A DNA stretch of 64,000 nucleotides from Terriglobia bacterium (GTDB lineage Bacteria; Acidobacteriota; Terriglobia; Acidiferrales; UBA7541): contig OY968796.1 of assembly GCA_963695545.1 (NCBI GenBank), positions 1,696,001 to 1,760,000 of the forward strand, read 5' to 3'. The position numbers and the translations under genes are program-made. The first letter of the stretch is position 1. Each line of letters begins with the position of its first letter. The notes under the pieces were generated by a model that ran no database searches, had not been told where the DNA came from, and saw only the letters and a list, made by a program, of their open reading frames with translations. Below, one piece after another: positions 1 to 10,231 of this stretch.

Positions 1-797
1 ACGCTGGCATCAGGCACGAAGGTGAGGCGGTAGACCGGCACTCGGACGACGAATTCACACGCGGACTCAAACACTAACCTAACCAATTCGGCATCCTCAG
101 CAAAAAACAGGATATTGGTGAGAAGCGCGCGCCCTGCCTCCGCTTGGGCGACCGGCTCGACTCGGTTCTGGAGGCCTTTCGCCAGTATGTACAACGCGGC
201 GATGGGCGCGCAGATGTTCTCACCCACTTTTGCTAGTTCTCCGGTAAAAGGCGTCCCGAAAGCAAAATAGCCCACCTCACGTTTCCGAACATAGGAGATC
301 TCATCGGAAAGCAGCACTGCATTTTCTGGCGCCAGCCTTGCGAGAGTGGTCTTACCGGCACCGGAAGCACCCGCGAACAAGAACGCCGCTCCATTCCGCA
401 CGGCGCTGGCCGCGTGCACGAGGAATCCTCCCCGCCGGGAGAGGGCCAGCGTGTGTACGATGCGCAATACCGCGTCGACAGAGTACGGGCTGGCGAAGTG
501 GCGAATGCTGCCTCTGTTCGAGATGGGGTTCCATTCGGCGCGAAAGTCGCCGCGCACGGCTGACCATCGGCCTGCTCGCTGGAGCACGTGTAGATCGTCA
601 TCTGACCCGATGGGGCCGGGCGGAGTCAGATCGATATCGAACTCGAACTCCGCATGTTCGGTCCGGCTCACGAACCCCGCATAGCGCTTCTCCAGCGAAC
701 GCAAGAAGGCAGAGTTGGCGGCGCGCAAGCGCACGGGAAGGCCACCGACCTCGATGACGATTTCTTGAATGTCGAGCGTGGTTTTCAGCTCTCGCAC
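1..797 (-). CDS. HPr-kinase-like P-loop protein (ScmC/HprK-related); 3' end runs off window
   Basis: Not in ORF track. Hand translation from GTG 797 is open to base 1: ...GGFLVHAASAVRNGAAFLFAGASGAGKTTLARL...LLSDEIS...FGTPFTGE. This gives the HPrK-type HA..., GxSGxGKT and SDE motifs. Start overlaps the peptidase stop. Confidence 0.85.
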   Translation of the reverse strand, partial: MRELKTTLDIQEIVIEVGGLPVRLRAANSAFLRSLEKRYAGFVSRTEHAEFEFDIDLTPPGPIGSDDDLHVLQRAGRWSAVRGDFRAEWNPISNRGSIRHFASPYSVDAVLRIVHTLALSRRGGFLVHAASAVRNGAAFLFAGASGAGKTTLARLAPENAVLLSDEISYVRKREVGYFAFGTPFTGELAKVGENICAPIAALYILAKGLQNRVEPVAQAEAGRALLTNILFFAEDAELVRLVFESACEFVVRVPVYRLTFVPDAS

Positions 798-1294
798 AGA
801 GCCTCTTGTTTTCCTCTTGAACGCTGCCGCATCGCATGCAAGCGGACGAGGGCCGTTGCGACTCGTCCGGAATGAGAAACCAGCGCCGCCGTAAGACGCG
901 CGCCGAAACTGAGCTGCGTACAAGGTTCGATCCATTTCCCGGCGCGAAGGATGGAAGAGACTTTTCCAAGCAACTCGGCGGCTGTGATGGCGGAATCCTG
1001 CAACGGAAGCGCATCGCCTCGGGTGACCAAACGCGCGATTTGATGATCATTCGTCCTAATCACCACGCGATGGGCGATGAACCTGCCATCGCGAGCGAAA
1101 AGCACGATATCGCCTGGAAGGACGTCGCCGATCTGCTGGCGACGAATCAAGAGGAGATCGCCGGGCCACACGGAAGGAAGCATGCTAAAACCCCTGACTT
1201 TCAACCGCAATCTCCCGGACGATCGCAGAACCTTTTCCGCCAGTTCGCACTTCGCGGCGTCAGCAGCTTCAAGTTTGGGGTGATTGATCGGCAT
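785..1294 (-). CDS. S24/S26 family (signal-peptidase-I-like) peptidase
   Basis: GFSMLP (Ser), PGDIVLF, IAHRV (His) and TRGD motifs. Start taken at ATG 1294 (GTG 1309 also possible); the 1528 extension looks spurious. Confidence 0.85.
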   Translation of the reverse strand: MPINHPKLEAADAAKCELAEKVLRSSGRLRLKVRGFSMLPSVWPGDLLLIRRQQIGDVLPGDIVLFARDGRFIAHRVVIRTNDHQIARLVTRGDALPLQDSAITAAELLGKVSSILRAGKWIEPCTQLSFGARLTAALVSHSGRVATALVRLHAMRQRSRGKQEALCES

Positions 1295-1594
1295 CGAGCA
1301 CTTGCTCACTCTCGCGCCTTGGCGCGGTGAAGTTGAATCGCCGCCGCGCCAGCGCCGCGACGTGCCACCATCGCCAGACTTCCTTCCAAGCGTGTGCGCG
1401 ATTTCCGCCTGCCATTCGCGGCCCCCAGATGGGCCTCTTGTCTGCCTGCACAGGTAGAGTGCAAGGGAAGGGAACCGATCCGGGTCAGAGATATCGCTGT
1501 CAGCATTGGTCTGGTGACCAATCGGCATTTAATGATTAGACGCCAACGAGCATCCGTTTCCACATGCGAATGGCTGGCCGCGCATATTCCGCGC

Positions 1595-1789
1595 CTAAGA
1601 AAGTTTGCGATTGAAATGGCATTGTGGCTGGGTACTGCTGATCTTTCCACACGTGAGTGCTGTAGTTTCAAAGACTTCCTCAGTACGAAATTCAGGTTTG
1701 CGGTAGGGTTTCTTCCTCACGCTACGCCCAATTTCTTCGTCTCCGCGGGAATGTCCCGTCTTGTCGCTGCCCGGCTTAGGATGAGTCAT
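1595..1789 (-). CDS. Putative RiPP precursor peptide, 64 aa
   Basis: MTHPKPGSDKTGHSRGDEEIGRSVRKKPYRKPEFRTEEVFETTALTCGKISSTQPQCHFNRKLS. GAGG RBS before ATG 1789, YxxP leader motif, and position upstream of peptidase and kinase genes. Confidence 0.75.
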   Translation of the reverse strand: MTHPKPGSDKTGHSRGDEEIGRSVRKKPYRKPEFRTEEVFETTALTCGKISSTQPQCHFNRKLS

Positions 1790-1858
1790 ATTCCTCGTTT
1801 CATGGCAAACCGGATTGTGTCGACCTTGGAGATGGTGGTTTAGAACGCTTGGTTGCAC

Positions 1859-4237
1859 TTACTGCAATCCGTTTTGTGTCAACTTTTGAAAACATCCCCC
1901 GGAGGTTGCCGAGTTACATTGAAAGGCGGAGCCAGCCCCACCAATTAGACTGGGCCCAGCTGGAGCCAGCCACGAGAAATAAATGCTCGACGCTTGTGGA
2001 AAATTCCCAACCGTTGTCAGAGCGTTGTTGTCGATGATTATTCCGCTCGTTCCGCCCGTGCTCACGTCTGAGAAAGCTGTAATACCCGTGTCGCCATTCC
2101 CTTCTGTACCTGATGGAGGCCATGAAGTTGTGGTGAGATCAAGAGACATTACGCAACCGGTCTGACCATTGCACGGCCAGTTTAAGTTCGCGACGCTGAG
2201 AAATATCCAATCCGTGGAAGTATTTGTATTATAGAACTCGGTTACCGGAGAGCACTGAACATTAGGGGGATCCGAGATCTCGGCACTGTACACGAGAGTC
2301 CGATAGGCTGTCGGGCCTCCGTCCGCAGTTGCATTCATAACACCAGTGCTGCTGAATCCGACGCGCCAAAGAGCAGGCGCATCGGCTAGCGTTGGATCCT
2401 TGCCACAGAAATAGAGAAACCCTGAGGTGCTATTCGCTAAACTATTGTAATAGGTATTGTCAAAATCGCCGGCGAACATCGCCGATCCGGTGCTGGTCCC
2501 GCCGACTCCCGCGAGCGTCACGACGCTACCCAGTGCCGTATTCGTCTGCACCACCTCCCCGTTGTTGACAGTATCTGTCCCATCGAACCAGAAGACGCGT
2601 TCCGATGTGCTGTCAACCAAGGGCCCATCAACAATGGAGCCAGACAGCGCTATCTCTGGTGAACCCAGGCAAGGTGGGATTCCAGAAGCGCACGATCCGG
2701 ACGAACTCCCCGTTTCTCGGGCGTACGAGATCTTTCCAGCCGAATCGCCAACGAAGATATTTCCGCTGCTCCCGTCGAAAACCGGACTCGTGAGAATCGC
2801 GCCAGCGTCCACGGTGATCGGCCAACCGCCCGTAATGACCTCGCCGGGCGTCCCCTGGAATACTCCCGAGAACTTGTGGAGTACGCCGCTTTCGTCCCCA
2901 ACGTATAGCGTATCGGTCGCGTAATCGTAAAACGGAGACGAGTTCGTATCTTCATTTCCGTTGTGAAACGGAACACTAATCATGCAAGATTCACCATTTG
3001 GACAGGTGGTTGTGTTCCAGGCCGTGTTACCCAATGCGCCTGCCGCTGTGTTGACGTAGCTATTCGTGGGTGTCATCGGCGATGTGATGGTGGTGCCTTC
3101 GCCTGCCACGCCCCTCAGAATCCGGAGGACAGCACCAGTCGAGACGGAGGTTTCGACGAACGCGACTTTATCGCCGAGCGCAGATAAGACAACTGATGTT
3201 TGCGCGCTGCCGGTGCCGGTGAAATAGGACCACATCACCGACGGCCCAGCTGTCCCGCAATACCCGGCCGGACTACCGCCAGCCTGTGATGCATAGAGTT
3301 GATTAAGCGCAATAATATTGGGCGTTCCGGATCCCTCCCCGCCCGAAGCGCCCGGAAGATCGTTGTTAAAAGTAACATAGTCGTTGATGCAGTCTGGAGC
3401 GGCATCGACGTTAAATGAGAATTTTGCCGGAAACGTAGTCGCGCTTCCGGTCGTGGCGGTGCCAGCCGCGAGCGAACTCATGGAGAATGCCCAATCCCGA
3501 TGCAGTTCGTCGATTGACGAATTGTTTTTCGGCGGGGCCGAAGCCGTGCCGAGCTCTGACGTCGCCGTACCGACTCCTCCGCAACTAGAAATCATCAAAA
3601 CGAGCAAAATCGCAAGAGCCGTCATCAACGTCGGCAGCCAACGTCGTCGACTCATAAATGCAACGACAAATGACAACCCTAAAATAACTGCCGCAATCTG
3701 GAAGCCGTGAACGGGTGACGCTGGCAGCGGTAGCGTTTCGGGTTGATTCTCTTGGGCCTCCGCCGCGTGGACAGTCGTTGCGAAGCTTACGTCCAGGGCC
3801 GCCGCTAAGCGCATCAGAGCGGTATTAGTCCTTGCGGTTAACGCCGGCGATCTGACCCCGTTTGCGTTACGCGGTTCCGAGTGGGTGGAGAACGGACCAG
3901 GACCGCGAGTAGTGCTGTAGTACGGCTGTAACGAACGTACATTTCGTCTCAGCCGTTGGTGAAGCAGGCGAGGATCCTTTTGGATTTTTGCCCAGACGGC
4001 AGGGTCAGATGTGTTGCTGAACACAAGGTGCTGATGAGACCAATCCCAAGGATATCCAACAGGTTGGCCATCCGAAGAGGCAGACCGTGTTGGCGAGACG
4101 AAATAGAACACCGTCAGAAAAACTAGGCCGCAAAGCGCTCCGCAAACGATCATTCGCACTTGCTTATGCCCAAGCTCAAGTCTCGCTCGAACACGCGAAA
4201 GCAGCACTCCCGGCCTGTGACGGGCGCCCCTTCCCAA
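1859..4237 (-). CDS. Large exported Ser/Thr/Gly/Cys-rich protein with beta-propeller-like repeats
   Basis: 792-aa ORF, GGAGGA before TTG, N-terminal hydrophobic segment. Blade-like repeats SSPFYDYATDTLYVGD, TSPVFDGSSGNIFVGD and DGPLVDSTSERVFW. Internal TM-RRRR-TM-SSCGG segment. Confidence 0.8.
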   Translation of the reverse strand: MGRGARHRPGVLLSRVRARLELGHKQVRMIVCGALCGLVFLTVFYFVSPTRSASSDGQPVGYPWDWSHQHLVFSNTSDPAVWAKIQKDPRLLHQRLRRNVRSLQPYYSTTRGPGPFSTHSEPRNANGVRSPALTARTNTALMRLAAALDVSFATTVHAAEAQENQPETLPLPASPVHGFQIAAVILGLSFVVAFMSRRRWLPTLMTALAILLVLMISSCGGVGTATSELGTASAPPKNNSSIDELHRDWAFSMSSLAAGTATTGSATTFPAKFSFNVDAAPDCINDYVTFNNDLPGASGGEGSGTPNIIALNQLYASQAGGSPAGYCGTAGPSVMWSYFTGTGSAQTSVVLSALGDKVAFVETSVSTGAVLRILRGVAGEGTTITSPMTPTNSYVNTAAGALGNTAWNTTTCPNGESCMISVPFHNGNEDTNSSPFYDYATDTLYVGDESGVLHKFSGVFQGTPGEVITGGWPITVDAGAILTSPVFDGSSGNIFVGDSAGKISYARETGSSSGSCASGIPPCLGSPEIALSGSIVDGPLVDSTSERVFWFDGTDTVNNGEVVQTNTALGSVVTLAGVGGTSTGSAMFAGDFDNTYYNSLANSTSGFLYFCGKDPTLADAPALWRVGFSSTGVMNATADGGPTAYRTLVYSAEISDPPNVQCSPVTEFYNTNTSTDWIFLSVANLNWPCNGQTGCVMSLDLTTTSWPPSGTEGNGDTGITAFSDVSTGGTSGIIIDNNALTTVGNFPQASSIYFSWLAPAGPSLIGGAGSAFQCNSATSGGCFQKLTQNGLQ

Positions 4238-4384
4238 CTCAGCATTCCTCCATGTTCATTACATCTGGTAGCTCATCTCCACCGGCCATCACGTCAGAAC
4301 CCGCTCGCATCCAGACACCGACTAGCCATTGCCCACATCGAAGATCAGATTAGATAAAGCGCCTGCCCGATTAAAATTACGCAT

Positions 4385-4411
4385 TCAGACGGGATCTCAT
4401 TTTAACGTTCC
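4385..4411 (-). promoter_or_regulatory. Candidate ECF-sigma promoter for the left operon
   Basis: Minus strand GGAAC-N16-GTCTGA about 150 bp upstream of the 4237 start. Confidence 0.3.
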
Positions 4412-4773
4412 CGGCCGACCGAATTGGAGTGCATTCCCGACGTCCGCGGCGAAATCTAAAATCCAAGTACCGGCGCTCCTCCCAGCCATTCCCCAAGTAC
4501 TTCTCTTTCTCCAGCCTCGCTCAACACCGAAATCTGTTTCGGTCTGCGGCTCGCTCTTTTGCTATGAGTCAAATCGGCATAGGCGAACGGTGTTTCCGAG
4601 GATTTGGACACCACGGAAAATCCGACCCTCGACACTAAGTCGATTCTGATCTTAGACGGCGATGTCGGTCCAACCATCAATCCCACAAACACGAACTCGG
4701 CCTCAAGCACGCCAAAACAGAGTGTGTGGCAGGGATCATCGCATACTTGAAATGATTCTGAAAGAAATTCTGC

Positions 4774-4938
4774 AGGGTCACGGGCACGATTGAAGAAATC
4801 GCCCAATAGAACATGCTATTGACCGAGGCTATCTTCGAACTACTGGCGCGAAAAGGAATTCTAACGGACGTGGGAGTGAAGGACTGAATCGCCAAACTCA
4901 CGGCCGAGACGCAGATTCAGTTTCGCCGGTTTCGGTAG
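4774..4938 (+). pseudogene. Decayed small hypothetical gene
   Basis: One frame reads RVTGTIEEIAQ*NMLLTEAIFELLARKGILTDVGVKD*IAKLTAETQIQFRRFR*, a protein-like amphipathic sequence with two internal stops. Confidence 0.3.
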
Positions 4939-4961
4939 GTCAGCTAGCCCGTGGGACGCGG

Positions 4962-5215
4962 TGATCGGCTCGGCTTTTTTGTACCACCTCGAGGTTGAGT
5001 TTTCGGCTGTCTGTAATCCAATGAGATCGCCGCTAGCCGCGATCTCAGTGGCGAATTCGTCGGGCGTTTTTCCCCGAGGGCCCGGTGGGGGCGACTCTCA
5101 TCGTATTCGACGTGCCAAGTCCCCACGCTCTTGCGCCTGCGTCAATGACATGAACCAATGGGCGTTGAGGCATTCGGTCAAAAACGTTCCGTTGAACGAT
5201 TCCAAGCAGGCATTA
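4962..5215 (-). mobile_element. IS3-family transposase remnant (3' end and probable terminus)
   Basis: Frameshifted NACLESFNGTFLTECLNAHWFMSL.../WHVEYDESRPHRALG.../TPDEFA, the integrase-core C-terminus. Ends in ...GGTACAAAAAAGCCGAGCCGATCA (IS3-type CA end). Confidence 0.8.
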
Positions 5216-5388
5216 CGCTACTAGAGAGGCCGAAGCATTCCAACGCGGCAGCGAGATTTACCACCTGCAACAAAGATGACGAGAAGCCAACCACGGCCGA
5301 GGAACCTGTCGCTGGCGGCCAAGGCATTTTATCTACCCTGACCTAGACTATCTCCGTGCTCCTGTTTCGCCCGACATCACGGGCTCTG

Positions 5389-5586
5389 TCAATTTCCCTT
5401 GATGTGGTTGCAGCTGTTGTTCCTCATCGGTAGGCGTCTTGGAACGAGCGGTCGAATCTTGGTATCGCGCCAGCCGTGAGTCCGCACCGTCGCTTCGTAA
5501 CGCCTTGCAATTCGCTCGTTCGGATAAGTGTCTATCCGCATCAGCGGTCCGCCCTCGAATCTCCTGCCTACGATCTCGTATTTCAT
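5389..5586 (-). CDS. Small hypothetical protein
   Basis: ORF MKYEIVGRRFEGGP... with a weak GGA RBS; no recognisable motif. Confidence 0.25.
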   Translation of the reverse strand: MKYEIVGRRFEGGPLMRIDTYPNERIARRYEATVRTHGWRDTKIRPLVPRRLPMRNNSCNHIKGN

Positions 5587-6295
5587 TGTCCAGCCATCGC
5601 CCAGGTTGTTCTGCCTTTCTCGTACGTGCCCACAAGGTAAGATAGCGTACGTGGCGCGAAATGTTTCAAACGGAGGCCGCAATCGGATAACGCCTCAGCT
5701 CGACGCCAGAATCAAATAGCAACGCCACCGCCGCGGGCCGAACTCGGCCCAGCCCTCGCGTCTCTGTTCATTCACGATCTTTCAGTCATATCATGAGCTG
5801 TCGGCTATTTGGCACAGGGGCGGCGCGCCGAGGAAAATTCGTGCGCGCCAACCGATACCGGCCGGACGCAGCCTCGAAAAGACGATTTTTGCAAAACGAA
5901 CTGGCCTAACCAACACAAAATAAGTGATTTGACTGTTTTCGCGCATTGCAAAACCCGTGCATTTTAGACCTTTCGCGAAGCCTTCGGACGTTATCGGCGT
6001 GCCCCTGTGTACAAACAGCTCGCGACCGCGGTGCCAACAGATCAAGTCGTCGCATGCTTCCCTCCTTTCCGGCCGACTGCCTGCGTCGGCACATTTTGCT
6101 GCGCGTCCCTGTTTCGCTATACTTCCATGCGCGATACGGTTCCCCTCGGGTCTGGGCTATGAACCGATGCCCGCTATCATTCGACTTTTTCGTTTGTGCG
6201 GCACCCAACGTTGGTGCCTAGTCCGATAGTTCAACAGCCCTACGTTTGCGCCGCGGGGTCATGACCACTCAGGAAAGCGGCGCGGGAAGGTTCCG

Positions 6296-7501
6296 CTGTT
6301 AAGCAAGAATCAAGCGCGGCGAAATCCGTCCTCCGCGGGTGAGCGCGTCGCCATTGTGGGTGGTTCGACGGCAGGGTTCTTCACTGCCTCGCTGCTCGCG
6401 CGCCGTGGAGTGCGCGTTCAGTTGTTCGAGCAAGCCGAGCAGCTCGATCCCGCGCCGCGCACGCTGATCGTCACTCATCGTATGCGCGAATTGCTCGGCG
6501 CGCACGCCGAGCCTTCCGTGGTCAACGAGATCCGCCGCTTTGAAATGTTCACGGATGGTCGCGCGGCCACCGTCGCCCTCGACCGCCCGGACCTCATTGT
6601 CGAACGCGCGCGTTTGATTCGCGGCCTCGCTGCCCAGGCCGAACGCGACGGCGCCCAGATTTCGATGGGGCGCCGATTCCTCGGCGTGCGAGGCAAGCCG
6701 CGCGGCAATGGTGCGGGCCTTCAGTTGACGCTCGGCGTTTCCGGATCCGGGGCGACCGAGCAAATCGACGCCGACACAGTCGTTGGCGCGGACGGCGCTC
6801 AGAGCCGCGTGGCCCAAGCCGCCGGTTGGCCGCGCATGCGCACCGTGCCGTTGATTCAAGCCATCGTCAAGATGCCAGCCGACATGCCGTCCGATTCCGT
6901 CCGTGTCTGGTTCGTTCCCGGAGACACGCCGTATTTCTACTGGCTCATTCCGGAATCGAACCAAACGGCCGCGCTCGGCCTGATCGGCGAAGACGGCCAT
7001 CACGCGCGCGAGTGCCTCGATCGATTCATGGACAAGCGACACTTCGAGCCGCTCTCGTTTCAAGGTGCGCGCATTCCCGTCTACGACGGCTGGGTCCCTG
7101 TCGAGCGGCGCCTCGGAGCCGGCCGCGTTTTTCTGGTCGGTGACGCCGCCTGTCAGGTCAAGGTCAGCACCGTTGGCGGCATCGTCACCGGTTTCCGCGG
7201 CGCGCTCGGGGTCTCCGAAGCCATCCTTGATGGCGGCCGCAGCCGCGAATTGCGCGCCCTTCGCCGCGAACTCGATCTGCACTTGCTGATTCGCCGCACC
7301 ATCCATACCTTCCAGCAGGCCGACTACAGCCGCTTGGTGGATTTGATGAACGCTTCGACCAAACGCTCTCTCAGCCGATACTCGCGCGATGAAGCCGGAC
7401 GCGTCCTCTGGCATTTGGCGATCAGCCAGCCACGCCTTCTTCTTCTCGGGCTGCGCGGGTTGTTGTCCGGCGGGAGCGCCTTCCGCTCGAACCTGCGGTG
7501 A
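6296..7501 (+). CDS. Geranylgeranyl-reductase-like FAD-dependent oxidoreductase (start uncertain)
   Basis: ERVAIVGGSTAG Rossmann start, VVGADGAQS, YWLIP, LVGDAA..V..STVGGI. No in-frame ATG/GTG/TTG upstream of the Rossmann strand; CTG 6296 used tentatively. Confidence 0.8.
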   Translation: MLSKNQARRNPSSAGERVAIVGGSTAGFFTASLLARRGVRVQLFEQAEQLDPAPRTLIVTHRMRELLGAHAEPSVVNEIRRFEMFTDGRAATVALDRPDLIVERARLIRGLAAQAERDGAQISMGRRFLGVRGKPRGNGAGLQLTLGVSGSGATEQIDADTVVGADGAQSRVAQAAGWPRMRTVPLIQAIVKMPADMPSDSVRVWFVPGDTPYFYWLIPESNQTAALGLIGEDGHHARECLDRFMDKRHFEPLSFQGARIPVYDGWVPVERRLGAGRVFLVGDAACQVKVSTVGGIVTGFRGALGVSEAILDGGRSRELRALRRELDLHLLIRRTIHTFQQADYSRLVDLMNASTKRSLSRYSRDEAGRVLWHLAISQPRLLLLGLRGLLSGGSAFRSNLR

Positions 7502-7694
7502 TCACTGCGATACGTTTCTGAGGCGCGGTAGCCGCGATTCACGCGCACCAACGATTGCTTTTCGCGGCGACCTCTATGCAAATTGCGTCACTCAGCTCGA
7601 GTTTCCTCTTTGCCGGTTGCGCGTTGTAAGCGAAAATGTTGATTCCGATCAAAGCGCCGCTGTGGCGCTGGATTCCATCACAAGCGGAGAGTGC

Positions 7695-9080
7695 ATGAAG
7701 CTCGCGGTAATCGGCTGTGGATACGTGGGACTCGTGACCGGCGGATGTCTCGCCGAAATCGGCCATGAGGTCATCGCCACTGACAACGACTCCGCAAAAA
7801 TCGCCGTCCTCGCGGCCGGCCGCGTGCCAATCTACGAGCCGAAACTTGAGCCCATGCTGGCCGCCGCGCGCCGCTCCGGCCGCCTGCGCTTCACTGCCGA
7901 CGCAGCCGAAGCTGTGCGCTCGGCGGATGTAATTTTCATTTGCGTCGGCACGCCGCCGCGCGAAACGGGCGAGGCGGATTTGTCCGCCATTGACAGCGTG
8001 GCGCGCATGATCGCGAGCGAGGCGCGCACTCCGAAACTGGTCATCGAGAAAAGCACCGTGCCGGCTCACACCGGCGAAAATCTGAAGCGCGCTCTCACCG
8101 TCTATGGCCGCAACGGTGGCACGTTGTTTCGGGTGGCCTCGAATCCCGAATTTCTGCGCGAAGGCACGGCCATCGGGGATTTTTTCCACCCCGATCGCAT
8201 CGTCATCGGTGTTGAAGACGCGGCTTCCACCGAGCAGCTTCGCGAGCTTTACTCTCCCATTCTCGAGGGTCGCTTCTCCTGCCCGGTCCATTCAGGCCAA
8301 TGCCCGCCGGCCGCGAAGCCGGAGTTTTTGGTGACCACGATCGCCAGCGCGGAGCTGATCAAGCACGCCTCGAATTCCTTTCTCGGCCTGAAAATTTCCT
8401 ATGCCAACGTACTCTCGGATCTATGCGAGAAGCTCGGCGGCAACGTCGACGAAGTCACGCGCGCCGTTGGACTCGATCCGCGCATCGGCCCGCAATTTTT
8501 GAAAGCGGGGCTCGGCTTCGGCGGCTTCTGCCTGCCGAAAGACATTCAGGCTTTCCTGCATCTGGCCGAGCAAGTGGGTGTGGATTTTGGACTCTTGCGC
8601 GAGGCGGAACGCGTGAACCGCCAGCGCGTCGACCGGCTGATGGAAAAAGTTCACCAGTTCCTTTGGGTCATCAAGGGCAAGGAAATCGGCCTGCTCGGTC
8701 TGGCCTTCAAACCATTCACCGACGACATCCGCCTCGCGCCCGCGCTCGAAGTGATTCGTCGCCTAAGCGCCGAAGGCGCCCGCTTGCGCGCCACCGATCC
8801 CGAAGCCATGGAGCGCACCCGCGCTCAGTTTCCCGATCTTGCCTATAGCGCCGATCCCTACGACGTCGCGCGCGGCGCAGACGCTCTACTGCTGCTCACC
8901 GAATGGCCCGAATACAAAAAACTTGATTGGAAACGCATTCACAAAGAAATGGCTCGTCCCCTGGTCATCGACGCGCGAAATCAGCTCGACCCCGCCACCA
9001 TGAGCGATCTGGGTTTCGAGTACGACTCCTTCGGCCGGCCGGGCTTGCACGTACCGGTCGCGCCAAAACAGTCGCGCTAG
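7695..9080 (+). CDS. ugd: UDP-glucose 6-dehydrogenase
   Basis: IGCGYVGL, EKSTVP, SNPEFLREG and GFGGFCLPKD (catalytic Cys); GGAG RBS. Confidence 0.95.
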   Translation: MKLAVIGCGYVGLVTGGCLAEIGHEVIATDNDSAKIAVLAAGRVPIYEPKLEPMLAAARRSGRLRFTADAAEAVRSADVIFICVGTPPRETGEADLSAIDSVARMIASEARTPKLVIEKSTVPAHTGENLKRALTVYGRNGGTLFRVASNPEFLREGTAIGDFFHPDRIVIGVEDAASTEQLRELYSPILEGRFSCPVHSGQCPPAAKPEFLVTTIASAELIKHASNSFLGLKISYANVLSDLCEKLGGNVDEVTRAVGLDPRIGPQFLKAGLGFGGFCLPKDIQAFLHLAEQVGVDFGLLREAERVNRQRVDRLMEKVHQFLWVIKGKEIGLLGLAFKPFTDDIRLAPALEVIRRLSAEGARLRATDPEAMERTRAQFPDLAYSADPYDVARGADALLLLTEWPEYKKLDWKRIHKEMARPLVIDARNQLDPATMSDLGFEYDSFGRPGLHVPVAPKQSR

Positions 9081-9104
9081 CCGAAAGTGAACCGCGTGCG
9101 GTGT

Positions 9105-10052
<948 letters not shown>

Positions 10053-10231
10053 AATTCGCTCCTCCCAACGCACTCGCCAGAATTTCGAGCAGCCCGGTCA
10101 CGCAAGTATGAAGCGTCCGCGTGTCCCGCAGCAAGCTTGCCCCGATTTCATGTGCCGGCGCCGCAAGATACTGCATCGCGCATTTGACCCGAACCGCCCG
10201 CCGCGTTAGCATTCGCCGCCGAGCACACTGC

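Noticed and set aside
1595..1789. Classical lasso peptide
   Set aside because: No Asp/Glu in the putative core for macrolactam formation, and no lasso cyclase or transglutaminase-like B2 gene in the window.
5809..5825. Sigma54-like TTGGCAC..GG-N10-GC
   Set aside because: It lacks the TTGC -12 element and lies about 470 bp from the next gene; likely chance in GC-rich DNA.
5860..5985. AT-rich patch with GCAAAACGAAC and TAAGTGATTT, possibly another repeat family
   Set aside because: Single copy in this window with no clear boundaries; cannot be supported without a genome-wide search.
6299..7414. Long antisense or alternative-frame ORFs (also 18142..19275, 21606..22784, 29429..30751, 36173..37543, 37006..38304, 61654..62985)
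   Set aside because: Shadow ORFs expected from high-GC codon bias over well-supported genes; no motifs.
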